From: Lingula anatina
Taxonomy: Eukaryota; Animalia; Brachiopoda
Assembly (NCBI GenBank): GCA_051362555.1
Contig: CM120643.1
Location: 11,568,644-11,632,643 of the forward strand
DNA length: 64,000 nucleotides
Direction: 5' to 3'
Part shown: positions 1 through 12,104 of the stretch, one piece after another
How the letters are laid out: every line of letters begins with the position of its first letter
How positions within the stretch are numbered: the stretch's first letter is position 1
Notes under the pieces: model-generated
Told to the model about the DNA's origin: nothing
Seen by the model: the letters and a program-made list of their open reading frames with translations, nothing else
Database searches by the model: none
Position numbers and translations under genes: made by a program

Positions 1-1067
1 CTACTTTTTGAAACTTGTGTCACATGACAGTCATAAAATTTAACTAATTGTTATGTGTGCAACACACTTGCTTGAGCAGTATTGTTTTTTTTTGCGATTT
101 TACATGTGGTCTAGCTTGGATACGACAATTGACAATTTTCATGAGTTCCGATCAAAAAGTGTTACGCTTGTTACGGCCAAAAGCCTTACCGCTTTTTGTA
201 CTTTTCAAATGCAAGATTATAAAAAAAATTGGTGTGTTTAGATTCTTGAACATCTTGGTCGTGGCGTGGTATATATTGCATGGATACTGCTCCAATATTT
301 CTTGAAAAAAATAACCTGATTTGTTCAGAATACCAATTTTTTACTCTAGTGTTATGGGTAAATGTACCATTTTGGCCTTTACCTTTTTCATGTTTAAATC
401 TAAAAAGACTTATCATGACAGTTGGTCATCATTTTTCTTCTCACCATGGTGGGTGGCTTTGGAGTGGTAACTTTGTTGTTAAAGTAAAGTGCTCAGTTTT
501 TTTGACTGGAAAATTTTGCCTCCACCCAGCATTTTCCATCATGGCGGTCTAACAGGAAGTTTGACTTCACAGTGTCTTTGGCATAGTTATTTTTAACTTA
601 TTTAGTCTTCTTTTTACATATATATGTTTTAATTCATATTAAACCTTTGAAAAAAGAACACACATGAATCCTGGTGCTTCTTAATTTAAAGTCTTAAGGT
701 TTTAAGTTCACCTAGGCTCCACCAATTACTTTACCTGTTATCTCACTACACATCTCTCTTTGAGTCAAGGTGTGTAAGACACACCTTATTGTGTAAGACA
801 CCTCTATAATTAAGGGGTACTTGCTTCTCTACTAAATTATACTTCACTACTTTGGCATGTTAGGTGGCAAGCTTGGATGTTTCAGTTCATTTTAAGAAAG
901 AAGCTTTGCCTTGGTGGTTACAAAAGAATAGAACTCTATTAAGGTTTATTCATTACTTGAAATTAAATATTTCATCTTGTAGTGTTGAAACAGAAATTCT
1001 CTCAAAATTGATAATGAATTTGACATGCATATCTTAACACTACTCAAGTTCTTTTTTTCTATTATAG

Positions 1068-1694
1068 ATATGGGAGAAGGCTGCAGTGAATATATGAATT
1101 ATGGTCAGGCTGGAAAAAATTAAAATATGTCAATGAAAAAAGGAGGTCAGTGTGTCTGGGGTAAGTTACTTTTGTCATAATGCCTAAGATGCATTAAACA
1201 TTCACTAACAACAGTACCCTTTTTAATTTTTTTTTCAAAATACAACAACCTTGGGCATTTTCCTTTTAGCAACCAGCCTCTCTGAAATCCCCTTTTTGTC
1301 CTGTCAGAAGAGTAGGAACCAGGGCGGATTTAAATAATTTCTTGTAATAAGTACAATTTCTTTCAATTTCTTGGGGTTATTAGCTTTTGATCATGAATCT
1401 TGATGTTCTATATAAATTAAGTTGTAAATTGTTCATTTATGTGGTGAACATTATTTCAGTCAAGTCATAACAAGACACATTAAACTTCACTGCGTAATTC
1501 CATAATGTCTACATGGATACTAGTAGTTCATAATGCTATTATTATGTTTTTTTTTTTCTAACCTACAGGTTTCTCTCTTTTCTGAGTGGCATGGCATTAG
1601 CAAGGCAGAAGAAAAGGCCCTGAAGAAATTCTCACTTGAGTTGTCCTTTTTGGAGAAGAAACTGGATAAGACTGGCCAACAGAGATTGCATTAA
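1068..1694 (+). pseudogene. Decayed two-exon coding remnant (1068-1160, 1569-1694), probably internal to an old dispersed repeat
   Basis: AG/GTAAG and polypyrimidine-CAG sites in phase 0. First exon reads IWEKAAVNI*IMVRLEKIKICQ*KKEVSVSG (both stops TGA); second reads VSLFSEWHGISKAEEKALKKFSLELSFLEKKLDKTGQQRLH*. No family recognised. Confidence 0.3.
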
Positions 1695-2815
1695 ATTAAT
1701 AGTGCTCCTTTATGACATTTTAAAATATTTTCAGTCACCTAACTGACTCTATACATTGCAAAAGTGGACATAAATTTTATGTTATTGTTACGTGGAAAAA
1801 AATTCAAAACCTATATATAAATTGTTGAGTGCCATGGTATAACAGTCTACCTGATTGCCAGTGAAATGTCTGTTTCAGTGAAATTTCTTTAAAGCAGTCA
1901 CTTACTGCTTACTTACCAGTTAATTTTTTCAGCTGTTACATTTTATAAATGTTCTTACTAAGTGTTGTCTTGATCTATAATAACCTTTTGAAAATCCCAT
2001 GTTTTTTATCCTATTTGTAAGAATTAACCACTTTATCTTCTAGGATTTTTTTTTTTTTCATTCGGCCCATTAGATTCTCAGACCTTGCTGGCCTGTAAGT
2101 GGAATAGTATCTGGCACAGACTGGTATCAGCAAGTCAGATAAAGAAGAATATAATTATTTCTATTTGCACGGTTGAAAAAAATGCCATCATAGACTGCAT
2201 AAAACTGGAAAACTGTAGCAACTTAATCATTCTTATGACTTCATTTATTACTGCTTATGTGTAAAATTTTTGTTTTTGTTCTTCTATTGATATAATAAAA
2301 TGGTTTTACTCACAGATGCTACTTTCATGAGTATAGAGTATAGAGTGCTTGAGTATAGAGTTGACTTAAAAGATTTTTTAAGTTAATATAGTAAATAATA
2401 GTTTGAAATTCAATATTCTCATCTTTATTTGTTTCAGTGAATACTAAAATTTCTGATATATTTTGTACATAAATATATTTATGAATGAATAAAAATTATT
2501 CTTAATGTATGGCACTGTGCACTTGTTTACCGACAAATATGAACAGTGTTAGTACGTGTCAAATAATCCTGAAAAAAAGGGAAATTTCCAAGATAAAGAA
2601 ATTTATAACGAGTATTCAGTAAACTGACGTGTCGTGGCATTGCCTCAACCTTGGATTAAAATTTTAATTAAATGCATTATAATATAAAAATTATACCGAG
2701 TGAGAGAAAAAATACTTCAAGAAATTTAAAACCAGACATAAAGCGTAGGCACTGTCACAATGTATATGTTTATGGGACCCAAGGGCAGGAGGGTCCAAAC
2801 GTTAATGTATTAATA
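1234..2815 (+). repeat. Dispersed repeat shared with 23846-24815
   Basis: 1234-1380 aligns with 23846-24003 (aaaatacaacaac.ttgggcatttt...aagtacaatttctt.caatttc.tggggtta); 2510-2815 aligns with 24575-24815 (ggcactg.cacaat.tat...tatgggacc..agg...ggagggtcca). Same orientation. Confidence 0.7.
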
Positions 2816-3041
2816 TTATGTCCTTTGGCAGTGAGGACAGACGTTCACTTGAATGTCATTTTCACAAACCACAGTTGGGACGTTTTCTTTTGACTTCTCC
2901 TTGGTGATTTTTCACCGGGTTGTGCCATAAAAAAGCCATCTATCACCGACTAAAAAAGCTCATGGCAACCATCCTCAGTCACCACCTTATAATCGCTTTC
3001 TATGATATCGTTCCCTTCCAGCACATCGTCCAAATAATTAC

Positions 3042-3090
3042 CTGTGAAAAAAATCGTCAGCATACTACAGCGGCAGCGGCGCTTTGACAT
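3042..3090 (-). CDS. Candidate first coding exon of a gene running off the left edge (MSKRRCRCSMLTIFFT)
   Basis: ATG at 3090, CAG|GTAATT donor at 3042/3041, CpG-rich upstream region with a GC box at ~3196. No second exon identified. Confidence 0.25.
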
Positions 3091-3346
3091 TACTGATCTC
3101 GAATTCTAACGCGAAATAACGCATATGAAATTTATCTCCAAGCTGAGGAGAGCGACGCAGACGAAACCTTGAGACCGGAGGCCCCCCGTAGCTAGCTCCG
3201 CCCACCGTAACAGACATCGGACAATAGAAAGGCTTGCGTGTAATCTCCTTCTGTTATAACTCCTTGGTTTTTACCATGTCTTTAAATACATGATGTACGT
3301 ACGGAGCCGTAATTGATAACGTACGCTCCGGGAACGTACATGTTTG

Positions 3347-4254
3347 TATGGGCGGCCAAAAGGGCAAAAAATCCTGTCGTCGATTCAGTTATGTTTCGTC
3401 GATTCACTGCCTTCCCATCGATTCAGTTTCAAGTTTAAACGATCCTGTCATAAATTCAACATCTACTTTCGTCAATTCAACTGTCAAACATTTCTCATCT
3501 ACGGTGTATTAAAACCAATGCCGTCACTATTTTCGTCGATCGTGTAACTATTCTCGTCGATCGTCTAATCTCGTCGATCGTCCAACTAATCTCGTCGATC
3601 GTGTAACTATTCTCATCGATCGTCTAATCTCGTCGATCGTGTAACTATTCTCATCGATCGTCTATTCTCGTCGATCGTCTCATCGATCGATCGCCAGAGG
3701 GCGCTGCGGTAGCACATTGGCCTATCACATGACTATCAAAATGGCAGACAACAAAATGATTGCTAGTGAAATAAGAACATTTTCTCAACAATTTCAATTT
3801 TAGTTGTTAATAATTAAAAGACATTCGGTTGTAGGGACATTATTTTCTAGTTGTGCTTAACTCTGACCATGGCTGGCCGAGTTAAAAATTACCACGTGAT
3901 TGACAGACAGAAGCACGTGTTGCTACCGCAGCGCCCTCTGGCGATCGATCGATGAGACGATCGATGAGAATAGTTACACGATCGACGAGATTAGACGATC
4001 GACGAGAATAGTTACACGATCGACGAAAACAGTTTGACGATCGACGAGATTAGTTACACGATCGACGAAAATAGTGACAGCATTGGTTTTAATACACCAT
4101 AGATGAGAAATGTTTGACAATTGAATTGACGAAAGTAGATGTTGAATTTATGCCAGGATCGTTTAAACTTGAAACTGAATCGATGGGAAGGCAGTGAATC
4201 GACGAAACATAACTGAATCGACGACATGAATTTTTGCCCTTTTGGCCGCCCATA
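3347..4254. mobile_element. Non-autonomous foldback DNA transposon, IS3EU-like termini
   Basis: ~340-370 bp inverted arms, TATGGGCGGCCAAAAGGGCAAAAA...TTTTTGCCCTTTTGGCCGCCCATA. Flanks tgtttg/cgtttg (6-bp TSD, one CpG-type mismatch). Internal tandem TCTCGTCGATCG units. TAY..RTA ends with a 6-bp TSD is the described IS3EU pattern. Confidence 0.8.
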
Positions 4255-5078
4255 CGTTTGTCCCGGGTCATTTAATTTTAATTTTTATATCGCTTTCCGT
4301 GTATTTTGTAGTGATTCAGTCATGGTATATTATATATAACGTAAGGATGTTTTTTCTGATAAATATTTTTTTAAAACTTGTAACTCTAGGGGCTTTACGT
4401 CATGGCTAATGATATGTAACGTATGTTCGCCAGAAAAAATTGCCAGAAAGTTTCGTCTTATAGTTCTATGGTCTTACCCAGGTACTTGGTGCAATAGGAA
4501 ACAGGTCTTTCTGTTGCTGACTGAAAATTATGTTGTGATTCCATGATAGTTTGACATTTATGATACAATATTTGTACCACGAATGGAAAATAGTTTATTT
4601 ATACATATTTTACTGTCGGTGGGGTGGATTTTCCCCGTGAAGTGACAAGCAAACTATAGTCGCTCAAAAACGATTATACAGAAGATTATCATTATTCTAA
4701 TTTTTACGACGTTATACTTGTAGGAGATAAATCAAAGAACGGAACCAGTGATGATTGAATTTTCAACGTGAGTAAAACTTTTCACAGCAGGACGTTTTGT
4801 ATTCGTGATAGTAGCGTACGTTCCTTTTCTAGGGCTAGACGATGACTTCATTTTTACAATTCATGTTTCTAGGAGAGTGAAACATTGACATATACTTCTA
4901 CATGTGGGGCCCTAAAATAATTAAGCATAGTTTGCAATCTGCGCCCTAAATATTTTAAAGAGCATGCCCGTGACCTCATTTGCACCTCACTACCTGACAT
5001 TTATAATAGGGTCCTGTCCTAGCGGGCAGTGAGTGTCAACATCTGCTCACGTCAGTCTGATGAAGGCCTATTAGGTTG

Positions 5079-5255
5079 GGCGTAGGCTAACGGTACGAGA
5101 CACCGGGTTCCTTTTTTGCCGGGAAAAGTCCGTTCTGGTTCAAATTTAAGCCAGGGGCACAAAGGTTTCATGTTAAAAAGTCCTTCTTTTTTAGAAAAAA
5201 AAAAAAAAAAAAAAAAAAAAACACACCACGATTGAAATTGCTGGCTACGGGGTAT
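5079..5255. mobile_element. MITE family (related copies ~37317-37480, ~62176-62370, 62805-62981)
   Basis: Shared core gaaaag(g)tccg.tctgg...aaaaggtccactt and the end aaattgctgg.t.c.gg. Confidence 0.55.
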
Positions 5256-6114
5256 ACCCCCCCCCCACCCCCCATTGAAGGGATAAATGACAAATGCAAT
5301 AAAAAAAATTGGACCACTATTGGTGATCAGCCATGGGGTATAATTACAATCAGTTACAATTACTCGTCGTCCACTCGGCTTCGCCTAGAAGCCAAGGTAC
5401 ACTCTTGTATATCGTATACAGTGGACCACTCGTGTTGATAATACCAAACGCACGGTCACATGCCTCTGCCACACCCTACAATGAACAGTTCTCTTCACTG
5501 CACCATATATAAGGTTTACTCTCACTATTTTCTCTGTCACTCTAGCTTTTATACTCGGCAACGTACGGTACAGCAGTATCTGACGATCGCACTCTTGGTT
5601 GCAGAACAAGGTAAACTATTTATAATTCTACAGAAATAGGGACATTTTTTGCTCAGTTTAATAATTACATGAAAACTTATGTGGCGAAGGGAGTCACCGG
5701 GATGTTTTGTCATGGGAATTTTTCAAGGCGATACGCTAACTTCTCCGGCTCTGGATCTCGATAACGTTCCTACCTTTCCTTTTTCTTACACACTATGGTA
5801 TGTACTTCGTGCAAATTTCAATATTATTTATGTATAGCTTATATTTTCATTGCATTTGCATTCAGTTTTCATTATTTCCAGTTTTTATGTCATACTTTTG
5901 TTTTTGTAACTTATTTCATTTAATTTCTTTTCTTTCAGCCTTTTCGGTTTGATGTCGGCAATAAACATAATCAAAACCGAATCAATCACTTGGCAGATTA
6001 CTTGACTAAGTGCAGGTAGGCCTACACCAGAGACAATCAACCTATACACCCTGTCGGCGATTGAGCGCTACACTTTGATCTGAGGCCCCATTTCTGACAG
6101 CCTAGTACCATTCA

Positions 6115-6340
6115 CTATTCAAGTAAGTTTTTCTTTTGGCTTTTATTTTCACATGCAATTTTTTAAACTTTATTTCTACACCAGTTTTAGCGCTGAACAA
6201 GCCCTTGGCAGCGAGGCCTTTTCGTTGGTAATTTCGTCATCTGTAATGTTAGAGATTTTACAGATGCCAACACTCACATTTTCTTTGTTTTGAATATGTC
6301 TTTTGTCCGTCACTTTTCCTTTACTTTCGCCACCACCAGA
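6115..6340 (-). mobile_element. LINE ORF1 fragment (same family as 13146-17569)
   Basis: QNKENVSVGICKISNITDDEITNEK matches the ORF1 segment ENL.VVICNI..ITDDEI..EK of the other copies. Confidence 0.75.
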
Positions 6341-7226
6341 TGTTATATAATATTTTGGCGACGAAGCCGATGCTGAAAGTCGCAAAGTCTAGTACATGAA
6401 GATGCAACAGCTTTTTTTCAATCCTCAAAGACTTGACTTCTGCCTCTATTGTTAGTCTGTCCGCGGCTGTTGGAATGGTTTGGATTTTTCTTGTGCGCCT
6501 TGGCCACCCCTTTCCACTGGTAAAATTTCTAAATGTTAATTTTAATTTTCCGCTCTTTATTATCCCAATCCATTACGTTAATTGACGGGATCCCTGTGGC
6601 CTACTTTTTATTTATACGTTGTAACATGTTGAGCTGTCTCTGCTAATCTAACGATACGTTCTATTCCTTTGTTTTTCGAGGTAGGCTTTCTGCCTTTTGT
6701 TAAAAGTATTACTACATTTATAATACTCCAGTAATAGAGACATTTTTTTTTTTTTTTGCTCTATTTAATAATTACATGAAAACTGTGACGAAGGGAGTCA
6801 CCGGAATACTCGACACGGGGAAAGTAAAGACAATTATGCGATAAGGCTAATAAATTATAATAACGCAATGAGAATTAACTAAAAAGAAAGATGTAATTAT
6901 TAAAGGTGAGGGCACAGGGGGGGGGGGGAGGCATGCGGTTTCTAGCACATTTACTAGTGTTTCAGTCACATTCTCACAAATGCAAGCTAAATCTATTCAA
7001 TTGAAGACTGGTGTGACTGCGTCACTATTTAGATTGTTGGTATTTTGATGGTTAAACAGGGTTTGTTTTATTTTTCTCATGTTCCATTGTAAGCCAGCCG
7101 GTCCTCTTGCTATTCGGTTGTTCTGTGTGATTTTTACGTTTAAAAGTAGATGGTCGCTACCGACGTCTTCGTATACATAACAGCCCTATATTTTTTAGTA
7201 AAGTTGAGTCGCGACCCAAAATTTGT

Positions 7227-8309
7227 TCACTTAAAGGCAACATGGTGGATAGTTTCGCCATCTATATTAACTTTGTAGATGGTGGCGACTGCTTCCGCTA
7301 TATCTTTGCAGATGTCACTTTCATTTGTTTGTATTTTTAGGCGTTTTGATGTAATTTTGATAAGTATTTTCGTTAGGCATATTGCCAGTTTTATTGATTC
7401 GCTCACATTTCTCTTCTTTGCGTTGTCTATTGCAGTGCGCTTTTGTTCTGAGTTAATTTCTTTTTTGTATACCTTGCATCCTTTGAAAGATGCAGGGTGT
7501 TTTTCATTGCAATTGGCGCAGTTGCAGCCGCTTTCCGAGCATTTTTTGTGACTGTGCGCCCCTCCACAGTTCTTGCAAGTCTCGGGTGACTCGCATTGTT
7601 CGGCTACGTGCCCGAACTTTTGGCAATTGCAGCATTGTTTAACCGTGGTTGTGACTGGTTTGTAGTCACGCACCTTATATTTATGGTAGCCTAGTATTAG
7701 CCCTTTTTGCAGCAATTCTGTCTTTTGATGTTTGTTTTCGCATGTTATTTTCACTTTGTTTATTTCTGTGCCAGTTTTTGCACTGAACATGCGCTTGGCT
7801 ATGAGCCCTTTTTCGTTCGTTATTTCGTTTTCTGTAATATTTTGCGAGATGTTGCATATGACAACAGTCAACACTCAGATTTTCTTTGTCTTGTAAATTC
7901 TGTTTGCCTGCCACTCTCCTTAGGCCCACCTCATTTAGTCGACTTTCTTTTGCTTTCAGGGAAAGTAGGCTATTTGCCGAAGTTTTGTCTTTCACAAAGA
8001 TGAGTGTGTGTCCCCTTTTGGTTTTGATTGTTTTAGTGATGCTTACATCGCCAAGCATCTTTTCGAATTTGATGGGATTGTCAGTTAGGTGTTTGGGCAA
8101 GTTTTCAAATAGGATGGGTTTTGGATAGGTGCCCTTTTGATTTTCCGGTTTCTTTTTGTTTTTGGTTTGTACTTGAGTCCACTCCATTTCCTCGCTATCG
8201 CAGCCAGCCTCCTCCCCGCCCCGTGAAGGGTCGTTTTCTGGGCTATTGTTGGCGATTTTGTCGGAATCGCCTCCTACTGCCCTGTTCTTTTCCGTTAATT
8301 TGGCCCTTT
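7227..8309 (-). pseudogene. Gag-like ORF1 (3' part) of LINE copy A, frameshifted
   Basis: QCCNCQKFGHVAEQC..TCKNCGGAHSHKKC..CANCNEKHPASFKGC zinc knuckles. Confidence 0.85.
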
Positions 8310-8907
8310 TAGTCGCTTACCTACACTGGTCTATCGTTTCATTGTGTGAAAAGCTCCAGTGGCCAGACAATTTTCACGGTGCCATGAAGATAAACAGTTA
8401 AAAAATATCCACAATAAATTCGGCAACCGTAGGATGCGCCAACATATAGATAATTGCGATAGTATTTATGCCAAAACATCAAAATGAATAGCCCTGCCGT
8501 TCCAATCGGCAATCCTCGACTGTCGAGTGCGGAGACATCCGAGTAGTTCCAAGTGCTGCCGTTCTACCCTTTAAACCAATCAAAGCAACGGAAAGGGGTC
8601 ACGTGATCACTTGACCTACATCTGATCGATGTAAACAATGAATTTCCATGCGAAGCTTGCACATTTAATAGATGATTCCCATACGTTGTTTCAATAAAAA
8701 AATACGTCCTAGGTTTTTAAAATCGATGTCAATATCGAGAGAAAGATTTAAATAGTTGGAAAATACGTGTATTTTAGGTGTATTTATATAATTGGCTAAA
8801 TGATGGCGTGAATTCACGGCAAAAAGGTATGTAGTATAGCCCGTAGACTGTGCACTGTACCACTTCTACAATCGCACACAGGTCACACTATTACCCAATA
8901 TAGTGAT

Positions 8908-9075
8908 CAGGGGCGGATCCAGAGATATTTTCTGAGAGTCTTCCAAATTATATTTGTTGATCCATCCTCTACTTTTGACCGTCTTCCGACAGAAAAAATT
9001 AGATACCCGTCAATGTAAACTTGAAAATCTGACCGTCTTCCGGAAGACCCAGAAGACGGCCTAAATCCGCCCCTG
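8908..9075. mobile_element. hAT-like MITE with 5-bp TSD (related copies 33259-33359, ~47231-47370, ~24004-24300)
   Basis: TIR CAGGGGCGGAT..ATCCGCCCCTG, TSD gtgat. Confidence 0.85.
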
Positions 9076-9549
9076 GTGATCATATAATCACTTGCATGTA
9101 TGTTCAGTAATGTTACATTGAATGCATTTTAAATTCTCAGTTGTGTTAAAGCGCATATAATCACTTAAAATTATTTGACTCAATATTTTACACTGATAAA
9201 TAGTATAAATCCATGTGTAGAGTTACAAACTAGGTATCATGCGGACTGTCTGTTTATGAAGCTGGAAAGTGCTCAAAAAATTATTTCAAAAATATATAAG
9301 TGCTTCACTAGGTAGAATAATTGAGTTTTTTATGTTCAAGTTTATCTTTAAATTGCAGAGGTACAATTTTTAAAGAAGTTTAATTGTTGCAACTAATTGC
9401 AGCATTGTCTAGTAATAACAGCATATTAAAAGAAATAACAGCTCACATTTAACAAGGCTTTTATGATATATATAACATATTTTTCCAACTTAATTATTTC
9501 AACTGTGAAATTATAACTTTCTACATTTCTTGTGCATATCTGAAAAAGA

Positions 9550-10015
9550 ATAATAAAATGCCAGGTACACTTAAAGTTTTGCAAATGGATTTTAGGTCTA
9601 AGAAAGCAGGCTAGCAATACCATTTTTAGAGCTAAGCTTGGCAGTTACCCTATTATTTCAACTATAACTAAACCTGTCTAAAGATTAGTCTTAGACTGGA
9701 ACAACTACTAGTAGATAATAGAACTGTAAATCAGGTGCACAGTCTTGAGCAAGATACAAAGGGAAACACATGGACAGAATCTATCCGAAGATAACAACCT
9801 ACCAAAGAAATTATATCAAATAGAAAACCTTTTAGAAATATTGAACATAAAAATCGAAAAACACTTCTGGCAGGAATTAAATAGCTCAATCTCAAACAAA
9901 TTAAGGACATACAAAACAATAAAAAAAATATTATGAATGTGAAAATTACATCAAAATGAGTGTCTCCCCATTAAATATCAAAACACTTGCAAAAATTAGA
10001 CTAAGTGACCACAAC
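9550..10015 (+). mobile_element. RTEX-like LINE C-terminal fragment
   Basis: VHLKFCKWILGLRKQASNTIFRAKLGSYPI ... NKLRTYKTIKK..ECENYIK..KTLAKIRLSDHN resembles the post-RT region of RTEX/CR1-group ORF2. Confidence 0.7.
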
Positions 10016-12104
10016 TTTTTTTTTTTTACAAATAATGCAGATAGCTGGCAGCACTGGTGACTTTGATATACCAAACCCTGAGACTGATCTCAATTTCTTG
10101 GGAGATGGACCTTGTATTTTGGGAAGAGTGCAACTGGTTGATGGTTCTGTAAAAGAAGCAAAATAACATTTTACTTTTCATACCATATATATTAGTGCAT
10201 TATAATGTGCAGATACTGACTACTACAGAAACAACTTTAACGTTGGATAAATATCCAAGTGGGTGTAACAAAGATATGTAAAAATAGTAATGTGCTCAAA
10301 ATTCAGTTATAAAAACAGTTGCCCTGTATAAATAAAAAGACAACATAGAATACATATTTCAAATAAAAACATCTGGATACCTGGATACACAAATGATTTA
10401 GCAAATACAGAGCAGACCGCAAATCCTTGATTGTTGCAAGTGCAATTGTATATACAATCACTATGATTTAACTATAAAATAAATAAATAATAATGAAATA
10501 AGATAAGACAGTCGCATGTGAGTTTATCACATGATTGACACCAAGTGATATTAACAACTATAATTACATATATCCTCATGATTCAAAGGGCATAGGGTAG
10601 GTATAGGATTCAATGTATTAGTGGCTCAGCATGTTCCTTTTATGAGGAACTAAGCTGTAACAAACTATAGGCAAATGAGACCCACTGTTTAATATTTGTT
10701 GCAACTAAGACAAATAAATCAAGTTTAAAGATCTAATAATTAATAGGGAGCCCACTAGCATTCTGCTGCCCAGATTAATATCAGATGCCTTGAATAAAAT
10801 TGACTCTTCTCTTTAAACTGAACTACATCTACCAGTCACCCTACTCATTATAATTATTCCTTAATTGATACTGTTTGTCAACGTATTTCTTTATTGATAC
10901 TATTTATGTATACCTTTACTGATTTTATTCATAAGGGAAAGTTACAAGGATTATTCCTAACAGTCCTAATTAAATTAATCACATTGCAGCTTGTTCTGTG
11001 AAAAGCTATCCTACTTTTTCTGGCTCACAAGATACAGTAAATATTCCCTAAAATACATTCTCATTGAAGTTGGGCTTAGCCTATACATATTTATATTCAC
11101 TAATGGTTGCACATGTGCAGCAATGTAACTGGGGGGGAGGAACACTCCACAAATAACATAAAAGATTCTACCATGATACTTAAGCCTTTGTCTCATAAAA
11201 TCCCACCATAACATTTGTTTGTATATCTTGTTGTGTGAAGCCTTACATTATTTTGTGTAAATGCAATGCTAATATGGATGAACTAATAATGAGATGTTAA
11301 TCATGGCAAGAACATACAGCTAGCTTAGGCTGTATTCCCAGAGCTTTTAGATTGATCTGTCCCCGTGGGGAGTCTCACTAGATTACTGTCAGATAATCCG
11401 GCTTAAATGTCCGTCCCGCCTACTACAAGCTGTAAGGGGGTATTTAACTTTCGTGTCCGCCCCACTGACAGCTGTTTAGCGTGAACCCCTAAAGTAGATA
11501 TATCTAATTTCTGGAAATGGGGTCTTATTCAACAGAGAATGAGTTGTTTCATATCTTAAAACCTCTAAGTATTTACAAATAAAATAATAATAACACTAAT
11601 AAACTTTTTTATCATTTTCTTCTTTTTTCTTTCTTTCATATCACTTTTATCAGTCACATATTGTTATGTAACATCAGCCACGTACAATGTAAACATCACA
11701 CGATCAGGGCTGATTTAAAAACAAATTACAATATGTTGACATACCTTCTTCAGCAGGACTGCCTTGTTTCTCAGCTTTCTCATACTTCTTTGCCGCCTGA
11801 GATAGCCCCTTCTTGTTAGTTAGCTTTCTGTAGCAAGAAAAGTGACATCGTGGTTTGGCTTCCAAATCGTCGAATCCTTTATCTAAATCCGTACTGTACG
11901 GATCCACTGAACAGCAGCGGCTTCTCTGCTGCCAAATTTCCGCCATTGTTTCGCTGCGACTCTAAAATTTTCCCAGCGAACACGTGTGATGGTATCTAGA
12001 GTCTCTTAATTAGCTACCTTCTTCTATGTGCATGCAACACGAAAGATGAGAATTTGGCGAAGATTTCGCGTCTCCCTCCTCAGACTCTTCATTACAGCCG
12101 TCAT
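10016..12104 (-). pseudogene. Academ transposase N-terminal exons (12104-11745, 10146-~10016), frameshifted and truncated
   Basis: CCMH..RWENFRVAAKQW..CHFSCYRKLTNKK, donor G|GTATGT, phase-matched acceptor ttacag|AA giving EPSTS..PKKLRS..VLPAICIICKK. Family assignment is from recalled motif resemblance plus the element termini. Confidence 0.65.
11326..11490. mobile_element. Partial copy of the PIF/Harbinger-like MITE at 39660-39864 (another copy ~26905-27160)
   Basis: Shared ctcactagattactgtcag...ccggcttaaatgtc.gtcccgcctact..aagctgtaaggggg. Confidence 0.7.

Noticed and set aside
1068-1160. Two in-frame TGA codons read as selenocysteine
   Set aside because: No redox-motif context and no SECIS recognised; CpG decay in a dead gene is simpler.
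3530-3700. CRISPR-like repeat array
   Set aside because: Short tandem TCTCGTCGATCG units without unique spacers, mirrored in the other TIR arm, in a eukaryotic context.
5057-5080. CTGATGA-AGGCC-TATTA-GGTT resembling a Penelope-type hammerhead core
   Set aside because: No GAAA, stem III or cleavage triplet follows; the sequence runs into a MITE.
5990-6110. Search for a histone H3/H2A/H2B CDS downstream of the array
   Set aside because: No recognisable histone coding sequence found by eye.
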